The position numbers and the translations under genes are program-made. A stretch of DNA of 64,000 nt, from the NCBI GenBank assembly GCA_964035545.1, contig OZ037768.1:7162741-7226740 (forward strand), written 5' to 3'. Under the pieces are notes generated by a model that saw nothing but the letters and a program-made list of their open reading frames with translations, was not told the DNA's origin and did not search any database. Positions 59,301 through 64,000 of the stretch are shown piece after piece. The stretch's first letter is position 1; every line of letters begins with the position of its first letter. This DNA comes from Bugula neritina. Lineage: Eukaryota > Animalia > Bryozoa.

Positions 59301-62300
59301 ATTTCCCAATAACTTCTGAGTTTGTTACGAAGCGCTGCTAACAACCCTAACAATTTTTTAAATCATTTCCAACTATAAAACTAGAAAAGTGCCCAGTACA
59401 AAACTAATTAACCTCACTGCATACAGCATATGGTTAAAAGCAGGCGCAGTGTTTGCCAATTCAACTCACTCCAATTAACAAATTAACTGCATTCACCTCT
59501 AATAGAATTAGTTCTCTATAAGCTAGAAAATTCTTTGCAACAAACAACTAAGTTATATTGCATAACTTTGATTGTTTTAATGCTACGAGTCTTATTTCTT
59601 GTAATTATGAGCTTTTGGCTTGCAAACCTCAATTGCTGTGGAAATTTTGGAGTTACTAAAATTGTGTATAATAAAAATTCCTCGCAAAATATTCTCTCTC
59701 AACATTGATTGGGAATGAAAACTTGATTTACAAGAAGCTATCAAAATTAATAGCGCTTTAAAAATTTTTAAAGTATCATGTGTCTCAACAAGCATGCAAA
59801 TGAGTGCAAAATGCAAATAAAGTTACAGTACATGGTAGGCTAGTTTACCACCCAATAAAATCATTTATTGTAATACACAGCAGAACTCCTCTATAGCTGA
59901 TATTACAGCTTGCCTTATAGTCAGCATTACTATCCTATCTATTAGTACCACTACTGCTGCTGCTGCTCGAACCACTACTACTACCACTACTACTACTACC
60001 ACTACCACTACTACTACCACTACTACTACTACTACCACTACCACTACCACTACTACTCCTACTACTACCACTATCACTGCTACTACTACTATTATTGCTG
60101 CTGCTACTACCTCTGTTGCTGCTACTACTACTACCACTGCTACTATTACACGGGAACACCGCAACCACTTACTATATCATTAGTGCTGCAGCTACTACCT
60201 CTGCTATTACCATTATGTACAACCATCACTATTACCATTAAGTACAACTATTACTATTACCATTAAGTACAACTATCACTATTACCTTGTTAAACTGAGT
60301 ATAATATCTCTCTTATATTCATTGTCTGCAGTGAACCTGTGACTATCCACCTCTTTACCCAAAGTTTGCAAGTAACAAGCCTGGCTATAGTCTTCCATCA
60401 ACCTAACATACAAGTCCAGTTTCTCCTTCAGCATCTGCAAAAACAAGCAATTTACATTCAAGAAAGAAAGAAGATGTTTGGTGTAAAGAGAAGCATTATA
60501 TCATTTCCAACAAGTCACCAGGTACAGGCTGTTGCCGAAAACACTTGTGCATCATTTGAAAACTTATGATTGAATCATTCAACATGAAAACTGCAAAATT
60601 AAATTCTATAATATAGGAGGGCAAAAATTTCAATTACATACCATTTAAATCAGATAATAAATTCATTGAAAACTTTTGCGCTTCTATGTCATTCAATATG
60701 ATGTTATATTACACGTATTTATTATGTATAATCAATATCGACCCATTTGATACAAAAACAGCAGTAGGCACCAGGCCACCTGTGCAAACTGAAAATTAAA
60801 ATCAAGCATGAGCTGAAAAATATTGAATTTCAAACGCTTAGTATTAAAAGAAAATAGACTGTTGGTCAACAGCTGGAGACGGTAGAGCACCTGACTATTT
60901 TCACTCTCCAGCTCCACTTTCTCCACATCTCCAGCTCTTTTTATCACATCTGAGACAGCACCGTGGCAAGGCAAAGACAACATTGAGAGCAGCTGAAGGG
61001 CGTAATAGTATGCTGCCAACTTGAGGGTGAGTGGAGCGTGAGGCAGCTCTTTGAAACACTTGTCAGCATCGCACGGCTAGAAGTACGCAACAACATAAGT
61101 ATGCAACGTAACGGCACACACAGCTCAAATGAATAGAGGTTTAAAAAATTAAATTTATGTTCACTTTTGCTCAAACTGCTTTTAATATTTGATAGAATTA
61201 TTAACATTGACAGCTTTTCATTTGTTGATTTACCAATGAACAGTGAAAGAGATTTATTTGTCAATCATTTCAATATACAAGATCTTGTGTCCCACAGTAC
61301 TTTATAACACTAGATATTCACTAAATCTACCAAAAATAAAACATGTGCACAGAAAAAACTACCCAAAATCAAGAGAAAGAGATTCCATGACATTGAAGGG
61401 CAGAATTGTGTAAATTATGTAATTATGTAGAAATTCAAAATATGAATATCATCATTATACATACTATTGATTCGAAAAACCCCTGAAAAATAATTTAACC
61501 AAAAAAAAATTAAATTTATTGATAAATGTGCTATTACCTTTGGGACGGCGAGAAGAAATGAAAGTCCAAGAGTGAGATCAGTAGGCAGAGTGTGTGCAGC
61601 ACAGTTTATCAGCACTAAAAATACACAATTCACACACATCTTGAGAGATTTACCAAAAACCGACAAAAATGATTGAACTGTGGGTGGAAGCAAATATGCA
61701 TAACGTATTCCAGTTATGCTAACCTTCAGTACAGTCTTTTATTTCACCAGAACCTTTTGTTACAGTTTCTTGAAGTTTAGTAGTTCGAAGAATATCCTCC
61801 GACATACTCATCTTTAGCCGTTTAGTACCAGTTATTTCCTGGTAACAGAAAACAATACACTTACATAGTTACCTTGACATACACGCATATATTATGGTAA
61901 CTACGTACAGCCTATTTATAAGGTGATAGACAATAAACTGGGCAACACAAGTAACTGGTATCTTGATAGTTGCAAGTTAAAATTTCAATCAGCTGAAAAC
62001 TAAACAAGTTGAATGATGTCAATATTCTTCTTTCAATGCTGCTTGCTGAATTGTGATCGAAAAACTATATTAAGAGCAGCAACATTCCAGAATAAATTCT
62101 GCTAAACTTTCTTCAGTATATTGAAGATAATTTTCTTTCTAGTATTTGCATATTTTCAAAAAAATTGAGATTCACCGGGTCTGCCAAACACTAGTAGGGT
62201 AAAACTGTCTCGTAATATATTATGTATGGCTAAATGATAAGCTATTGGCACTTTCTTTCAGAAATTTTGTCTTCCCATATAATAAAATGAATTTTCACAG

Positions 62301-64000
62301 TGTACATAACACGATAGTACTTAGATTAAGTTACTCTCAGATATCTTAATTACACAAAGAGTGTTGAATGGCGAGAAGTCTTTATACATTTAGCCTTATT
62401 TTTTAGGAATTTTGCCCAAATCTTTAATTATAAAATCAGGTTTATTAGCTACATTAGCAGTTAAAATAGTCATATTTCCAATACATACAATAGATGGCCT
62501 GCAGTTTTCAATGATATCTTCATAGAAAGGATGACACCCCTGTCGAGTAAAGCCTGCATTCCCGTCATCTAGATCACTGCTTCTTCCACTTAGCATAGAA
62601 ACAGTCTTGTCTATCCATTTCATATCTCCTATGTTAGAGAGTAGGTTCTTAGTGTGCTTAGTGGTAAGGGCTCCTACAGCACCACCCGCACTGAAAATAC
62701 TTTGTTTCCAGTCACTCTGCAAATATAAAAACATATCCAGTACGCACTAGAGTGGGTGGGTTCACTGGAAACCAATCACCAAGCAATCACCCTTAACATT
62801 TTATAATTCTATAATATATCAATAATAGGTTTATATTCCCCACAACCTTCTGCTAGTTTAAATTAGATAACACAACACTAGATATTAACACAAAGTTAAT
62901 GAGCAGCTAAATATTAAAATAATTGAAAAAGATAGTTACGTAATTGAAGAGTATTGCATGAAATAGCAGCTACCAGGTAAAACGAATAAACTTACTTCAG
63001 CATACATGTATTTTTAGACTACAGACATGTATGGAACAGTTCTGTGTTTTTAAGTGACCAGTTGCTTGCAGTTTCTACTTGACCAGCTCATACTCTTAAC
63101 CCCTAATCAAAACTCCAATATTTACCTTCTTGGTAGAAAATTAAAATTTCACTGGAGAAGTCTAAAATAGTCATGGTCCTTGATTCCTACTGACCAGAAG
63201 TGCTGCGTAACAGCTGATAACTTAGCCAATCACCACGATGTATATTTTACAGTTAAGCAGGTAAATACTAACACCAACTCGCTTACCGAACCAGCATCTT
63301 GCTGGTCATCTTTAGGACTGTCACCACTAGACAAAAATGAACTCTTCTTGATTCGGTCAAGTAGAATCTTATTTTTCAAAGACATTCTCTGAGCCAGCAC
63401 CTCCTCTAGCATGTCATCTGAACAGTGTATCAATGTGTATGACAGTAGAGACAACCTGCAACACGTGTCAACAGTCAGAATATAACATACTAAGTATATT
63501 ACAAAACCTCAACAAATCAGACTAACAATACAAATAGGTTTTAATCCATCATTAACTTAGGGTTTCATGCAGCCTAACAATGACATCACTTATAATTAGA
63601 TTAGCCAGAGAGCAGATGGGTATTAGGAACTTAGTAAAGCATTTTGGACGTTGTGCGCCTGATATGGTCACTTCAACTCATCATAAGTTGTAGAACTATT
63701 GGGTTAGAAAATATGTGTAGCTCCGCTTTACAGTTAGAAAGAGAAAATCTTGCACAAATATTGTAACAAATGTAGTAATGCATTATAATAATTCACCACT
63801 ATACAATAAACAACACACAACACAATATACCACACAATATGCAATACACAGTATACAATACACAGTACGCAATACACAACACAACATACAGAAAGCAAAG
63901 CAACATACAGAAAGCGGAACTATGGTATGAATACAGTTACCTGGCATCAAGATCATTAAAGGCGGAGACAGAAGCAAGCTGGTAGCACTCTGGCCAGATA
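47312..64000 (-). CDS. NBAS: NBAS (neuroblastoma-amplified sequence, NRZ tether subunit), C-terminal half; gene continues beyond the window
   Basis: Many in-phase exons, e.g. 62716-62489 (QGCHPFYE), about 61619-61540 (LPTDLTLGLSFLLAVP), about 61077-60890 (LAAYYYALQL), 60434-60286 (DYSQACYLQTLGKEVDSHRFTADNEYKRDIIL), about 56987-56749, 50857-50771, 50276-50140, 48782-48668, 48374-48255, 47860-47641, and terminal 47379-47312 (RTLDAA..RWWRKD*). Confidence 0.88.
49145..49431 (+). mobile_element. 5'-truncated CR1/L2-group LINE 3' end in NBAS intron
   Basis: 49176-49268 translates WNSLPKHLRAIRSRSEFAVALKQFLLDSLI*, typical of the ORF2 C-terminus, followed by a short 3' UTR and a (CAAA)n tail at 49411-49431. 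Confidence 0.75.
56291..56510 (-). mobile_element. Degenerate LINE 3' end related to the 49145-49431 element
   Basis: (TTTG)n tail at 56291-56310. gggcctatggcgcaatagc..agctagtcgagg matches the reverse complement of the 3' UTR at about 49315-49350. Confidence 0.6.
59945..60285. repeat. Compound (CTA/CCA/CTG)n microsatellite plus short tandem units next to an NBAS donor
   Basis: Runs of actact/accact/gctgct, and three copies of about 24-bp accatta(a/t)gtacaac units at about 60210-60285. Confidence 0.9.
63795..63905. repeat. Low-complexity ACA-rich tract
   Basis: Degenerate caacac/caatacac repeats within an NBAS intron. Confidence 0.6.

Noticed and set aside
59865-60168. Poly-Val and poly-Ser ORFs
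   Set aside because: Translation artefacts of a trinucleotide microsatellite within an intron.

Overview
AT-rich, intron-rich eukaryotic (invertebrate animal-like) genomic DNA. Host genes reconstructed by hand from GT-AG boundaries: a 5'-truncated PhyH-family Fe(II)/2-oxoglutarate dioxygenase (+, to 3238); an EFCAB5-like gene (-, 23037-3995); a 4-exon secreted 10-Cys colipase/prokineticin-fold peptide that the ORF track misses (+, 24270-25220); two tandem theta-class GSTs (-), one with a non-canonical first donor; ULK3 (+); single-exon GAS1 (-); and the 3' half of NBAS (-). The centrepiece is a full-length, very young Ty3/Gypsy LTR retrotransposon (14393-21839) with identical 305-bp LTRs, an ATAT TSD and a tRNA-Leu PBS, inserted 9 nt inside an EFCAB5 intron. 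In the env position it carries a third ORF that is not env-like. It encodes an acidic N-terminus, two zinc fingers, a basic patch and a coiled coil, so it resembles a transcription factor, and each LTR holds a perfect 22-bp palindrome upstream of CCAAT/TATA. Together these suggest (inference) an element-encoded regulator and its binding site. The gag-pol junction has a -1 frameshift signal whose logic implies one extra G in a G9 run. Also present: a tRNA-derived SINE with TSD, two CR1/L2-type LINE 3' ends, a foldback element and microsatellites. All calls come from reading the sequence; no database searches were run.
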